A stretch of 62,748 nucleotides of DNA, counting the filler. It is 13 parts of 13 records of this genome, joined end to end, with 100 filler letters (N's around TTAATTAATTAA, not from the genome) between each part and the next. Parts side by side here need not be neighbours in the genome. Positions count along the whole stretch, not along the records: positions 17,555 to 23,113 come from SRR15195285_6172; positions 23,214 to 27,126 come from SRR15195285_6175; positions 27,227 to 30,987 come from SRR15195285_6181; positions 31,088 to 36,055 come from SRR15195285_6184; 9 more parts are not named here. The stretch is one strand, 5' to 3'. Positions 21,782 to 31,375 of the stretch are shown in pieces. Made by a program: the position numbers and the translations under genes. A model generated the notes under the pieces. The model saw nothing but the letters and a program-made list of their open reading frames with translations. It was not told the DNA's origin and did no database searches. How positions within the stretch are numbered: the stretch's first letter is position 1; the number at the start of each line of letters is the position of its first letter.

Positions 21782-23213
21782 ATGCCTGAACGCCGAGAGA
21801 AACGCTCCACTCCGCCGTCCCCACCGCCACGTCTCTGCCAGAGCGCGTCCGACCCCCGCTCGCTCCACCTGCCTCCACACGCACCCCGCAGCCAGCCAGC
21901 TCCGGACACGCCAGCCTGTCTTTCGCGCAGCACCGCACGCTCCAGCACTGCCCCTGCTGCCCAGCGAGCACCGCAGGCGGCGGCGGCGATGCGCTAATAC
22001 GGTACCGACCGCGGCAGCCAAGATTGAAGGAAGATGGTCGCCACCCGCCGGACCCGGAGTGCCGTCCTGCGAGTCCGACTCGATCAATTGATGCAACCTC
22101 GTCAGGAGTTCTCATTGAGGCGTTGATCGCACGCAACTCCAGACTCGTCGGCGATTTGCATGAGACTGCTGAGAAATCGAGCGTCTCTTCAGTGTTGTCC
22201 ACCGTCCGAGTCATGAGTGCTTTTCGCATCCACCGCAGTTATGAATGGCATCAATTATGCGTGTGGCACCCGGTTGGGCTTCGCGTTGTTCTTGACGGGA
22301 CAAGTTCTATGATAGTTGATAGAGCAGCTGCCGAATCCAGGATAATGCAGAATGGTACTATTTTCCAGATCAGAATCCACGAACATTGAAAGAAATTTGT
22401 CCCGGCGCTTGACTTGCATGTCGAGCACAGCTGTTCCGCTGTCCACGACAGACAGCGACATGCCCATCGAGCCGAAAGATCAAAATTTGACATGGAGCTC
22501 ACTCATCGAAAAAGTCAAACTGGCCTCAGGCCGCACGCTCACAAAGACTTATTTCACCGGGATTGCGCTGAGTCAATTCATCATTATACAGAGACTGGGT
22601 GACTGAAAGAGTGAAAGTCCTTGTGGGTCCGAGCCGTGATAGTTTAATTATTCACTGTGTCGGCCGGTCAGAGGTCATCGACTCGCTGGGTCAAAGCCAG
22701 AACGAGAGCGCCGGGCTGGCGGTGTTGAGCGCCTGTCCGGAGGCGCTAGCGCCGGACCGGGGGGCTACCACCCGCCGAGTGCCACATGGACGGATGCGTC
22801 GCGACATTTCCTGCACATTGATGCCCCAGACCACGTTCACCTCGAGGTTGGTAAGGATTACCGCGCGTTTTACCACAGTCGCCCGAGAGGGCACATGCGC
22901 CGCCTACCGGACGCATCGCAGGCGCACTGAGCGAGACAGGGCAAAGAATCGCTCTATACGGTGTTTTGGGCAGGTCTGAACACCCATGATACCCCCCCGA
23001 CCGACGAGCTCATCAAGCAGATCGCCAAAAGACGCACTAGGCTTTCCGTGCTGCTCCACACTGCTCGAAGCCTCCGGAAATTGGCTGGAGACAGCTCAAA
23101 AGGGCTCGAGGACNNNNNNNNNNNNNNNNNNNNNNNNNNNNNNNNNNNNNNNNNNNNTTAATTAATTAANNNNNNNNNNNNNNNNNNNNNNNNNNNNNNN
23201 NNNNNNNNNNNNN

Positions 23214-23468
23214 CTGCGCGGTGGGGTCCGTAACGACCACATCGACTAGTGTGGAGCTGGCTCCACCACGATGGTAGTCGTAGATCGCCAAGTCAGGCTG
23301 CTGTTGAGACCTGTCGGTTGGATCTGGGCTGCCGTCAGGCAGCGAGCGGCGTGCCAGCCGCAAGACTGAAGTCATCGTAGACTGGACTCGAAGGAGGTCC
23401 AGCCCCGACTGAAATGCACGTACAATCGCATTGTGGCGACGAAGCCTCTCTGCACTGACATTACTAAT
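23214..23468 (-). mobile_element. 5'-truncated non-LTR retrotransposon fragment encoding the restriction-like endonuclease (RLE; CRE/R2-type) C-terminal domain
   Basis: Reads RLRRHNAIVRAF...QPDLAIYDYHRGGASSTLVDVVVTDP, i.e. RHN followed by PD...D-V-x-V. A stop lies just upstream and the contig breaks inside the element. Confidence 0.7.
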
Positions 23469-23743
23469 CTAGTACCGGTAGTAGGAAGTTCCTATCGTAG
23501 GAATCCCGGCGCTAGGAAGTTCCTAATCGACACGTGGTGGCAATGTTCCGATCCGACCTTGCTTTCGCTCGCTCGCTCGCGGCGGCGATGCGCGGAGCCG
23601 GGCTCGGCGCGCGGTGATGAGGGCGCGCGGCGGGACCGACGCAAGGATGCGTGGCGCCGTCGGTCATCACGTCCTCAGTTACCACACCCACAACGCACGC
23701 AACGCCACACCGTGGAGTCGGTCTGGACCGAGTCAGCCCGAGC

Positions 23744-25072
23744 ATGGGCACCACGACCACCTCGAGCTGCGCCCCTGCGGCGGCGAAGGATGCGGCGGCG
23801 CCCCCGAGGCGCAGCCTGCAGCAGTGGCACGCGCGAAGCCGCTGGGCGGGGCGCGTGCAGCGCAAGCGCATCGGCCGCGACATCGGCTGCAAGCTCCTAT
23901 GGAACCCGGCCATAAGTCGCTTTGAGATCAGGGGCTGCAGCCCCGCGACTACACACGCGACTACACAGAGCAGCAAAGCCGCGCTACTCTGCCTGGAAGC
24001 AAAGTTTCACCACGACCAGGCACTCTGGACCGCGAAGAAAGCGAAGCGACGGGCCGATAGACTCGCGGCCTGCACGCCTACAGAGGGTTACGAGACGCAG
24101 ATGGAGCGCTACGAGACCCACTCCTCCAGTCTCTGGCACCGACACCGACGCGGCAAGCGCAAGGCGTCCAATCAGCACCGGCAGCAGGACAAGGTTGATA
24201 GCACCAGACGATCGACAGCCCCTGGAGGCAGGCGATCAAAGCTGCTGAAATTCGGCGTCGGGAGATCAACGAGGAGATCGTCTTGTGCAAAGACCATATC
24301 ATGTGTGTATGAGCAGCTGCTGGCCGACAGGCGGGCTCTGCCCTTTGCTGTGTGCGCCGATCAACAATACCAGGAGTGGCAGGAGTGGCAGTGGCAATAC
24401 CAGGAGTGGAAGGAGTGGCAGCAGCTCCGCGAGCAGCACACAGCGCAGCTCCGCGAACACCACAAGCAAGCGAAGGAACAAGCCAAGGCCAGAGCAAAAC
24501 GAAAGGACCCGGTCCGCGCTGCTGTCCTCCAAGTGCAATCCGTCGCAATCAAACTGGACTCTGCCGCACAGCAGCAGTGGGATCTACTCGTGAAGAGCCG
24601 ACGGTGGGGTGGCCTTGTGCAGGGGCTGATCAACCTGCTCCGCCCGCGCTTCGCTGGCGCTGCGATGTTTGCACTGAAGCAAGCCTTCACGCTCTGCGAC
24701 AGCAGCGACATCACCACCGGCGCTGAGACTGTCGTGCTAGCAGGGCGTGGTCGAAACCTGCAGAAGATAAGTGCAGTTCTAGTGCAGTTGTTCGCACCGG
24801 CCAAGCCGAAACGCCGAAGTACGACGGCAGTAGATCTAGTCGCAGGGGAGGCAGCGTGGCAGCGTGAGCAGGCGGCAAGGTTGCGGCTGGGTCGCGCCGT
24901 AGAGCTGCTTTTCGGCGATGTGTCAGCGTTGGCGCAGGCGCAGCTGGCATACGTTCAGGATCAGGCCACACGGCCGGAGCTGGGGCCGGCGCCGCTGAAG
25001 CCTGAGCCTGAGCCGTTGTACCATGCGGCAGAGTGGCCAGAGCTAGTCGTACCCGGTGCTGCCGCAGCGTAG
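23744..25072 (+). CDS. Orphan basic ORF with a QEW repeat; function unknown, possibly element-derived
   Basis: Long ORF with first ATG at 23744, containing QYQEWQEWQWQYQEWKEWQQ. No domain recognised. Confidence 0.35.
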   Translation: MGTTTTSSCAPAAAKDAAAPPRRSLQQWHARSRWAGRVQRKRIGRDIGCKLLWNPAISRFEIRGCSPATTHATTQSSKAALLCLEAKFHHDQALWTAKKAKRRADRLAACTPTEGYETQMERYETHSSSLWHRHRRGKRKASNQHRQQDKVDSTRRSTAPGGRRSKLLKFGVGRSTRRSSCAKTISCVYEQLLADRRALPFAVCADQQYQEWQEWQWQYQEWKEWQQLREQHTAQLREHHKQAKEQAKARAKRKDPVRAAVLQVQSVAIKLDSAAQQQWDLLVKSRRWGGLVQGLINLLRPRFAGAAMFALKQAFTLCDSSDITTGAETVVLAGRGRNLQKISAVLVQLFAPAKPKRRSTTAVDLVAGEAAWQREQAARLRLGRAVELLFGDVSALAQAQLAYVQDQATRPELGPAPLKPEPEPLYHAAEWPELVVPGAAAA

Positions 25073-25173
25073 TGGCAATAAAGTCCAATTCGACTGAGTA
25101 CATTCACGACCGGTCTGCACAGTCTCACATGCAAACCACGCACGTAATTGTATGAATTATGACGCTTGTCACC

Positions 25174-26976
25174 TCACGATGGCCAAACTAGACCACTGCG
25201 GCACGGCACAAGCCGTGCTGGCTCTGCGAGCCAGCTTGTCAGCGCCTCAAGCGCAGCTGTATTCCCCGCCTCGTCCCATGGCGTTTTCCAGCAGCTTGAA
25301 TTTGCTGCGACCTCCTGCCAGCTCGTTGTATTGGCCATCCACGCGCTGAAGATCGCCTTATTGTAAGTGGCCACGTCCATAGCGACTTTCGGGTAGTCCA
25401 CCTGGCTCAGGATCGAACGCTGCAACATCGCAACCGTGGCAGCATACTCCATCTCTCCTTCTGGCGTCGCCACGAGATTGTTCTTCTCATCCGGATCTTG
25501 ATCTAGATCAAACAGCTGATTAGGCACCTGAGAACCATTGCCCCATACAATCAGCTTCAGCGTGCTGGTGCTATTGCTCTGCTGCAGTTGCTGCACCACG
25601 AGAAACCAGCTCATCGCAATGTTCTTTCCATGAAACTGACTGACAATGAAGCTCGGACGGCGGCCAGAACTTTCCTGCCTCCCAGCACTAGCTGCCCCAC
25701 GCGCTAGTGGCGAGGAGGTAGATGCGACCATCAGTGGGAGCAGCGATGCGCCATCGAGGCTCTGTGGCCGCTGCGCTTCGCGCAACTGCGCCAGGTCAAG
25801 AATAGTGGGCATAATATCAATGAGCTGCGTCGGAGCTGAGATGACCTGTGCCCCTCCTGCGTGGCGAGGTACTCCAAATTGCCGTAGCTGCTGCAATGGC
25901 ACTGAAACGACCATCGGGACGGAGGCTGAGGCATCATATGGGGTCATCTTGTAGAACTGCTGATGCTCAAGCTGCATGTCGCCATGATCGCTCGTCACGA
26001 TCCAAACCGTGTTATCCCACGCGTCGGCAGCCTTCACAGCATCGATGAACGCGCCGACCATGGCGTCGAACTCAGCAATCATCGCAAGATAAATCCGTCG
26101 GATCCTCCGACGACGCTCTGTCGAGTAGAATGTTGCGGCAGTCTCTGCCGACGGAATGCAGCCTTTGAGCATCGAGCTCTGGAAGGCGCATGGGTGCATA
26201 TCTTCCAGCGGCTCCCACTCGGGGACTGACACCTTGTCCGGATCGATGGAATCATACCAGAACTGGCTCGTGACGTACGGCGGGTGGACGATGTTCATTC
26301 CCGCGTACGCAAACCACGGGATCTGGGTGGCTGACGCGGATGCGTTTGCGAGCCACGCGGTCGTGGCGGCGGTGGTTGCCCAGTCCGTACTGTGCGCGCT
26401 GCCGTTAGCTCCACGGCTCCCACCCGGCGTCACGGTACCATTGCTGGCACAGCCACCACCCGTGACCTCGCTGGCCCAGCCGCCGTTGCTGGTGTTGTAC
26501 GGGAACGCCACCTGCATCGTCCAAAGCGCAAGGTCCGTGTGCTGCGCGCTCTCGCGGTGGCCAGCGGTGTCCCAGTCACGCTTGCCAAAGACACCGACTT
26601 TGTAGCCCGCGCGCTCTAGCACCTGGTCAACGCGGTCGTCGTAGCCGGACGGCAGGCCCTCGTAGTTGTTGTACACCCCGCCTACACTGATCGCCCCGTG
26701 GCGATGCGGGATGTTCGACGCGTGCCGTCCGCTCCAGAACGTCGCGCGCGAGGGGCAGCAGACCGGGGCATTTGCATAGTGTCTTCGGAACTCAAACCCA
26801 GTAGCCTGCAGCTCGCGGATCGCAGGCAGAGCCAGTGCGCCACCCGAGTAGCCTGGTGCCCAGGTGCGGCCGTCCGTGCTCTCCACGACTAAGAAAAGGA
26901 CGTTCGGTCGGCGTGGGCGCGCAGCGGCGGCATCGTTGATAACAGCAGCACACGCAGCCAGCGTCAGCAGCAGCAT
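25174..26976 (-). CDS. ARSK-like: Arylsulfatase K-like S1 sulfatase, secreted, intronless
   Basis: Signal peptide. PNVLFLVVESTDGR, APVCCPSRATFWSG, YNNYEGL, FGKRDW..GH, TSDHGDMQLEHQQFYKMTPYDASASVP and QLFDLDQDPDE parallel the ARSK motifs (SDSFDGR, PICCPSR, WNNFKGL). Confidence 0.85.
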   Translation of the reverse strand: MLLLTLAACAAVINDAAAARPRRPNVLFLVVESTDGRTWAPGYSGGALALPAIRELQATGFEFRRHYANAPVCCPSRATFWSGRHASNIPHRHGAISVGGVYNNYEGLPSGYDDRVDQVLERAGYKVGVFGKRDWDTAGHRESAQHTDLALWTMQVAFPYNTSNGGWASEVTGGGCASNGTVTPGGSRGANGSAHSTDWATTAATTAWLANASASATQIPWFAYAGMNIVHPPYVTSQFWYDSIDPDKVSVPEWEPLEDMHPCAFQSSMLKGCIPSAETAATFYSTERRRRIRRIYLAMIAEFDAMVGAFIDAVKAADAWDNTVWIVTSDHGDMQLEHQQFYKMTPYDASASVPMVVSVPLQQLRQFGVPRHAGGAQVISAPTQLIDIMPTILDLAQLREAQRPQSLDGASLLPLMVASTSSPLARGAASAGRQESSGRRPSFIVSQFHGKNIAMSWFLVVQQLQQSNSTSTLKLIVWGNGSQVPNQLFDLDQDPDEKNNLVATPEGEMEYAATVAMLQRSILSQVDYPKVAMDVATYNKAIFSAWMANTTSWQEVAANSSCWKTPWDEAGNTAALEALTSWLAEPARLVPCRSGLVWPS

Positions 26977-27239
26977 CTGGCTGACAAATGCTAGGAGAGC
27001 GGCTGGCCTCGGCGCGTGCTGTCGCCGCGCGGCTCATCGCGGCGCGCGCTGGATGTGTGATTCTGTATGCCGAGGGCCCATGATCCCGGGTACGTAACGT
27101 AGTACAGTACGCAAATTCAGCCTATGNNNNNNNNNNNNNNNNNNNNNNNNNNNNNNNNNNNNNNNNNNNNTTAATTAATTAANNNNNNNNNNNNNNNNNN
27201 NNNNNNNNNNNNNNNNNNNNNNNNNNCGCGATTCCAACG

Positions 27240-27340
27240 ATGGCCGTTGGCACACGGCGACCTCCTCGCGCGATGACCGTTGGCGAGGGCGAGGTGACCG
27301 TTGGACAACGGCTTTATTCAACGGTACAATTCGGCCGTTA
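27240..27340. promoter_or_regulatory. Cluster of six AACGG (Myb/MSA-type) sites
   Basis: RTGRCCGTTGG at 27240, 27273 and 27294; CAACGG at 27306 and 27319; CCGTTA at 27335. The reverse complement CCAACGGYCA matches the MSA core. Confidence 0.5.
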
Positions 27341-27517
27341 CGGGGCCGCGAAGGGTCATGGTCCCCATTTGACGGTTGTCGGGCTCCGAGGGCCGCCTAA
27401 GGACTGAAACAACAAGGCACGGGGGTGACTGGGCCGCGGCCGCGCCTAAGGGGCTTACGCAATTGTACATTGGAATTCACCACACAACTTGAACCTCGGC
27501 TCGCACTCGCTGCATGG

Positions 27518-30500
27518 CTAGCCAGCTGGGGCTACGTGACTGATGCCACTGTTGTTGCGCTTGCCTGCGTTTGCGTGCTTTTCGCGATGTCTTCGCCGAC
27601 TTCGTCTCACCCCAGTCGCGATACCCCTCGGGCTCTGGTTCGCTTTGCGATTGCGTGGTCGCCGATCAGCCTGCTGGCTCACTCTCAGTACACGACGGCA
27701 AAGCTTGAGCTGGCGGTCGCCGTATCGTATTGCTGCCTTCGCTGCGTCTTGCTCTGCAAACTCCAAGATTGCGAAGCCACGACAAGGTACCATACCACCC
27801 GAGTCCAACGCACGCCACCCACCGCGCCAGCTTGGGCGTAGCTCCACTGCCTTTTTGATCACATCTGTGTCGCTCATCTGGCTCACAGCCTCCAACTGTG
27901 GGGTCAGGTGTCTGCCCCCAGTGCCACCGCTGCAGCAAAGGTGCACCTCGATGTGGGTCGCAATGTGCAGTGCCCCGTGCTCAGAAAGAATTTTGCGCGC
28001 CTCAGAGACAGTCTTTGCCATGGCCCGTGCTGCCGCTGCCTCCGCGTCTCGTCCTGTTGCAACCGGCAGCTCGACATTGAGCACCACTCCAAATGGTTGA
28101 AACAATGCCGCGAGCTCCGTCTCGCTGCAGTTGTAAGGGCAGTTGCCCACAAATATCTTGCGCCCCTTCCCTGTTGCATTGCACTGAGTTGCTACATTCG
28201 CCTGCTGCTGCTCGCCGTGTTGCTGCTGCTGCTGGCACCATCTAGGATCGAGTGACTCACGTATTGCAGTTGCCTCCTCCATCTCGTAGCCGTCCAAGCG
28301 TCGGTGATATCCACGGAGCTCGCTCGTCACAACTGCTGCGCGAAGCTGCTCACTGAGTGCTGCTTCGGTCGGTACTGGAAGTTCCAGCCGCTCAAAGAAC
28401 TTGTTCCAGCTCAAGCGATTCTGAGCATTGCGGGCGCCAGCGCCTAGTATGTCAACGCACGCCGCTTGCAGCTTCGCAGCAGTTCTAGGACGTGGGCGAG
28501 AAAGGCGCGCGCGATAAGCTTCCGCCCTCTGTTGAATGCCACCCGATGGCAATGCCCCGACATTGAGCAGGAAAAACGCCTGAAACATGCAGAGACGTAA
28601 AGACGTGCCACAGCAGCGCAGAGTTGCCTTCAGCCGGTAGTCTGAGACAGTGCTGTCGTCACCGTGACTGGCCATCACGCATCCAGGAGAGACAGCATCT
28701 GTTCTGGGCTCCATCAACGCCAGCGATTTGTCCTTGTCAATATTCCAGCGAACATTGCGAATTAGTACCTCTTGAATAAACACAGGCGCAATCTCAGCCC
28801 ACGAATTTGCGGGGCACAAGTAGAGCAGAATCAACAGCTCGCCAAGGTCGTGGATCACGTGCTTGTTCCGGCAGGACTCATGGCTGGCGAACTCGTTAAC
28901 CCAATGCTCAGCGCGTTGAGTGATGATGGGATATTTGACTGCTAGCTCGAGCAGCATGTGGTGCAGCGCACAGAAGCCAAGCAGTGATTTTTCTGAAGCG
29001 AACCGCGAGGTCTCACCCTTCTCCATCAGAGAAACCACAAGAGCATTCATGATCCTCGGTAGTACTTCCAACGCGATCATTGGGTTGAAACCACAAGCGC
29101 CGGTTGCTGTGAGACTTGGGGAAGCGAGCCGAGTGAGGTATCGCTCAAGAAGCGGGAGTGAGCGTTCTGCGTGCCGGTGATCCAGCACCAATGGCAGCCA
29201 AGCGTCGAAGTGCGTACCCCAGACCCCTCTGCGCACTGCACACTCGACAAAGGCTGCCTCTGACAGCAAGTCAAATTCGCAGGACACCTCCACGAGGCTC
29301 GAGCAGAGCTGTCCACAGCGTGGGTTTCGTCTCTTCGTACGCAAACAAATCCCGAGCGTCTGATCTTCCAGAGAGCAGCGGGTGTGGAAGCAGAGCATCT
29401 CACGACGAGTAAAAACTCTGTAGACGTCGCCAAACTCAGCAAAATGTTTGCAAGTTCTGAGCAGAGCGCTGATTGCATCCACTTCCAGCAGCTGACAGAC
29501 TGCCAGCCATACATCGTCATCGACGTCGCACCAGTCTACCACCAGCTCTGCGATCGTCACTGCGGTTTCGAGACTCACATCGACGAGATGACCCTCCTTT
29601 CCCGCAATGCACGCAATTGCTGTGGCCTCTGGTGGTGGTGGCGGCGACGGCGATGGCAATTGTGGGTAGTGCCGTCCGTGCTGCTCGTGGAACGCGTGTG
29701 CTGCACGAATCGATTCTCCTTGACAGTCGACCTGACCGGACCAGCTAAAATCAAAAATCACACCGGTTCCAGTCTTCGGTGTCCAGATGCCGTCATGCTG
29801 AAGTGGCTGCATTCCCTTGCGTCGAAGAATACATATGAATGGGATTTCGTCTCGGCTTTCATCTCGGTGACAGAAATTTTCCACCCACGCGCGGTAGCGG
29901 CCTTTCGGTGCAGCCTGCCAGTGAACGTTTTCGACGGGAGCAGCGCTGTACGGAGTGCTCGCATTCATGTCTACGTCCAACTCACCACCGCAGGACCCAC
30001 GGCGATGAAAATAGGAGATTTCGTCGCCGCCTGGTCCGACACAGTGCAAATCAAGATCGTCGATTGAGTCCCACATCAAAGAGACGGTGATCTCGCCCGT
30101 GCATGCTCCTGCTCGTGCAAGGCGCTTGCGCATTGCATCTGGCACATTGCCGATGTCTCCGATAGCACCCGTATCCCGACCACCATGAGGACGGCCTGAT
30201 ATCATGTAGCTCTTGATTCGCCGGCCATCGTCCTGTGGAACGTACTCGGCGAAGAGAAAACTCTGCAATTGCAGCAGAATAGAGAGCACGGTGTATGCTG
30301 AAGACCATCCACTGTAAATGCTACCTGTCGCAGGTTTCAGCATATCCAAACAGATGTAGTGGCCTTTGCAGGCGCGGTGGTGATTGAAGTCGTAGCCTGT
30401 GAAAACGTTTGGGTGCGGTAGATCGGTACACAGCTTGATAACTGGTGGGGCGACCGGATACTCGTGTGAGAAGCTCATCTCGGCGTGAAACACGACGCCG

Positions 30501-30838
30501 TGGTATTTGCCGTCCGGAGCGGTCATCGTCAACCTCCACTCAAGAATATCGTCGTCTGCAGGCTCTGCAGCAATCGTCGGCAGCTGCCCGGACTTGGTCG
30601 CCGCACGAACCTCACGCAGATCCCGCAGCAGCCGCTTCGCTGCGTCAAAGCCAGGCTGTAGGACCATCCCGTGTGGCACAGCGCCACTCTCAGTGCCTTC
30701 CTCACGAGATGTGCCACACTCAGTGCAGGCTGCCGCCCCCGCCGCTGGTGACGTGCGAGTGGCGCTGGGGCCCTCCTCGTCGTCGGAGTCCGAGCTCTCC
30801 AGCGGGGCGAATGGATTGGTGGACCTATTGGACGCCAT
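27518..30838 (-). CDS. Multidomain ubiquitin-conjugating (E2) protein: UBC + YfaP/DUF2135-like domain + F-box-like segment + helical domain + split RRM
   Basis: KRLLRDL...YPVAPP...HPNVF...ICLDML...WSSAYTVLSILLQLQSFL with catalytic Cys; VSLMWDSIDDLDLH...GGELDVDMN...VENVHW; DDDVWLAVCQLLEVDAISALLRTCKHF; KIFVGNCP...RGFAILEF. Alternative start at 30916. Confidence 0.85.
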   Translation of the reverse strand: MASNRSTNPFAPLESSDSDDEEGPSATRTSPAAGAAACTECGTSREEGTESGAVPHGMVLQPGFDAAKRLLRDLREVRAATKSGQLPTIAAEPADDDILEWRLTMTAPDGKYHGVVFHAEMSFSHEYPVAPPVIKLCTDLPHPNVFTGYDFNHHRACKGHYICLDMLKPATGSIYSGWSSAYTVLSILLQLQSFLFAEYVPQDDGRRIKSYMISGRPHGGRDTGAIGDIGNVPDAMRKRLARAGACTGEITVSLMWDSIDDLDLHCVGPGGDEISYFHRRGSCGGELDVDMNASTPYSAAPVENVHWQAAPKGRYRAWVENFCHRDESRDEIPFICILRRKGMQPLQHDGIWTPKTGTGVIFDFSWSGQVDCQGESIRAAHAFHEQHGRHYPQLPSPSPPPPPEATAIACIAGKEGHLVDVSLETAVTIAELVVDWCDVDDDVWLAVCQLLEVDAISALLRTCKHFAEFGDVYRVFTRREMLCFHTRCSLEDQTLGICLRTKRRNPRCGQLCSSLVEVSCEFDLLSEAAFVECAVRRGVWGTHFDAWLPLVLDHRHAERSLPLLERYLTRLASPSLTATGACGFNPMIALEVLPRIMNALVVSLMEKGETSRFASEKSLLGFCALHHMLLELAVKYPIITQRAEHWVNEFASHESCRNKHVIHDLGELLILLYLCPANSWAEIAPVFIQEVLIRNVRWNIDKDKSLALMEPRTDAVSPGCVMASHGDDSTVSDYRLKATLRCCGTSLRLCMFQAFFLLNVGALPSGGIQQRAEAYRARLSRPRPRTAAKLQAACVDILGAGARNAQNRLSWNKFFERLELPVPTEAALSEQLRAAVVTSELRGYHRRLDGYEMEEATAIRESLDPRWCQQQQQHGEQQQANVATQCNATGKGRKIFVGNCPYNCSETELAALFQPFGVVLNVELPVATGRDAEAAAARAMAKTVSEARKILSEHGALHIATHIEVHLCCSGGTGGRHLTPQLEAVSQMSDTDVIKKAVELRPSWRGGWRALDSGGMVPCRGFAILEFAEQDAAKAAIRYGDRQLKLCRRVLRVSQQADRRPRNRKANQSPRGIATGVRRSRRRHREKHANAGKRNNSGISHVAPAG

Positions 30839-31375
30839 GTGGAGGTGAGTGGGAAGCTTCCGACAGTGTGTTGTGCCACTGTTGTTGGTTCTTCTTGCTG
30901 ACCCGCCATCGAGCACCGTACGTACCGATCGCGCCGCGCGGTGCGCCCTCAGCCGGACGCGCGCCCGGGGCGCGGCCGCGCGGCCGCNNNNNNNNNNNNN
31001 NNNNNNNNNNNNNNNNNNNNNNNNNNNNNNNTTAATTAATTAANNNNNNNNNNNNNNNNNNNNNNNNNNNNNNNNNNNNNNNNNNNNGGGGGGGGGGGGG
31101 GGGGGGGGGGGGCGCAGGGGGATGAGCCCCTGGCGGGGCTCACAGCAACGCTAGTTAACAAATGTATCGAAATGTATCCAAATCATCTGTCCAGTAACGC
31201 TGCGTGTAGTTTGCAGTCAACGTGTGGCGGCGTTGTGGCAACAATTATGACACTACTAAAGCCAGGCAGCTAATGGAGAGGAGACAATCGGTTCGTGCGC
31301 CGCTCGACGACGCGTAAGGCGATCCCGCGTCGATTACGATGCGACATACATTAGATCATTTAGCTCCGTTCCCAT

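Noticed and set aside
22600-23113. Coding-like stretch with an internal stop at the contig end
   Set aside because: No recognisable family; cannot distinguish a pseudogene or element from noise.
31088-31141. G25 tract followed by the hairpin gagcccc-tggc-ggggctc
   Set aside because: Single short hairpin at a contig edge; poly-G may be a sequencing artefact; no second copy to define an element.
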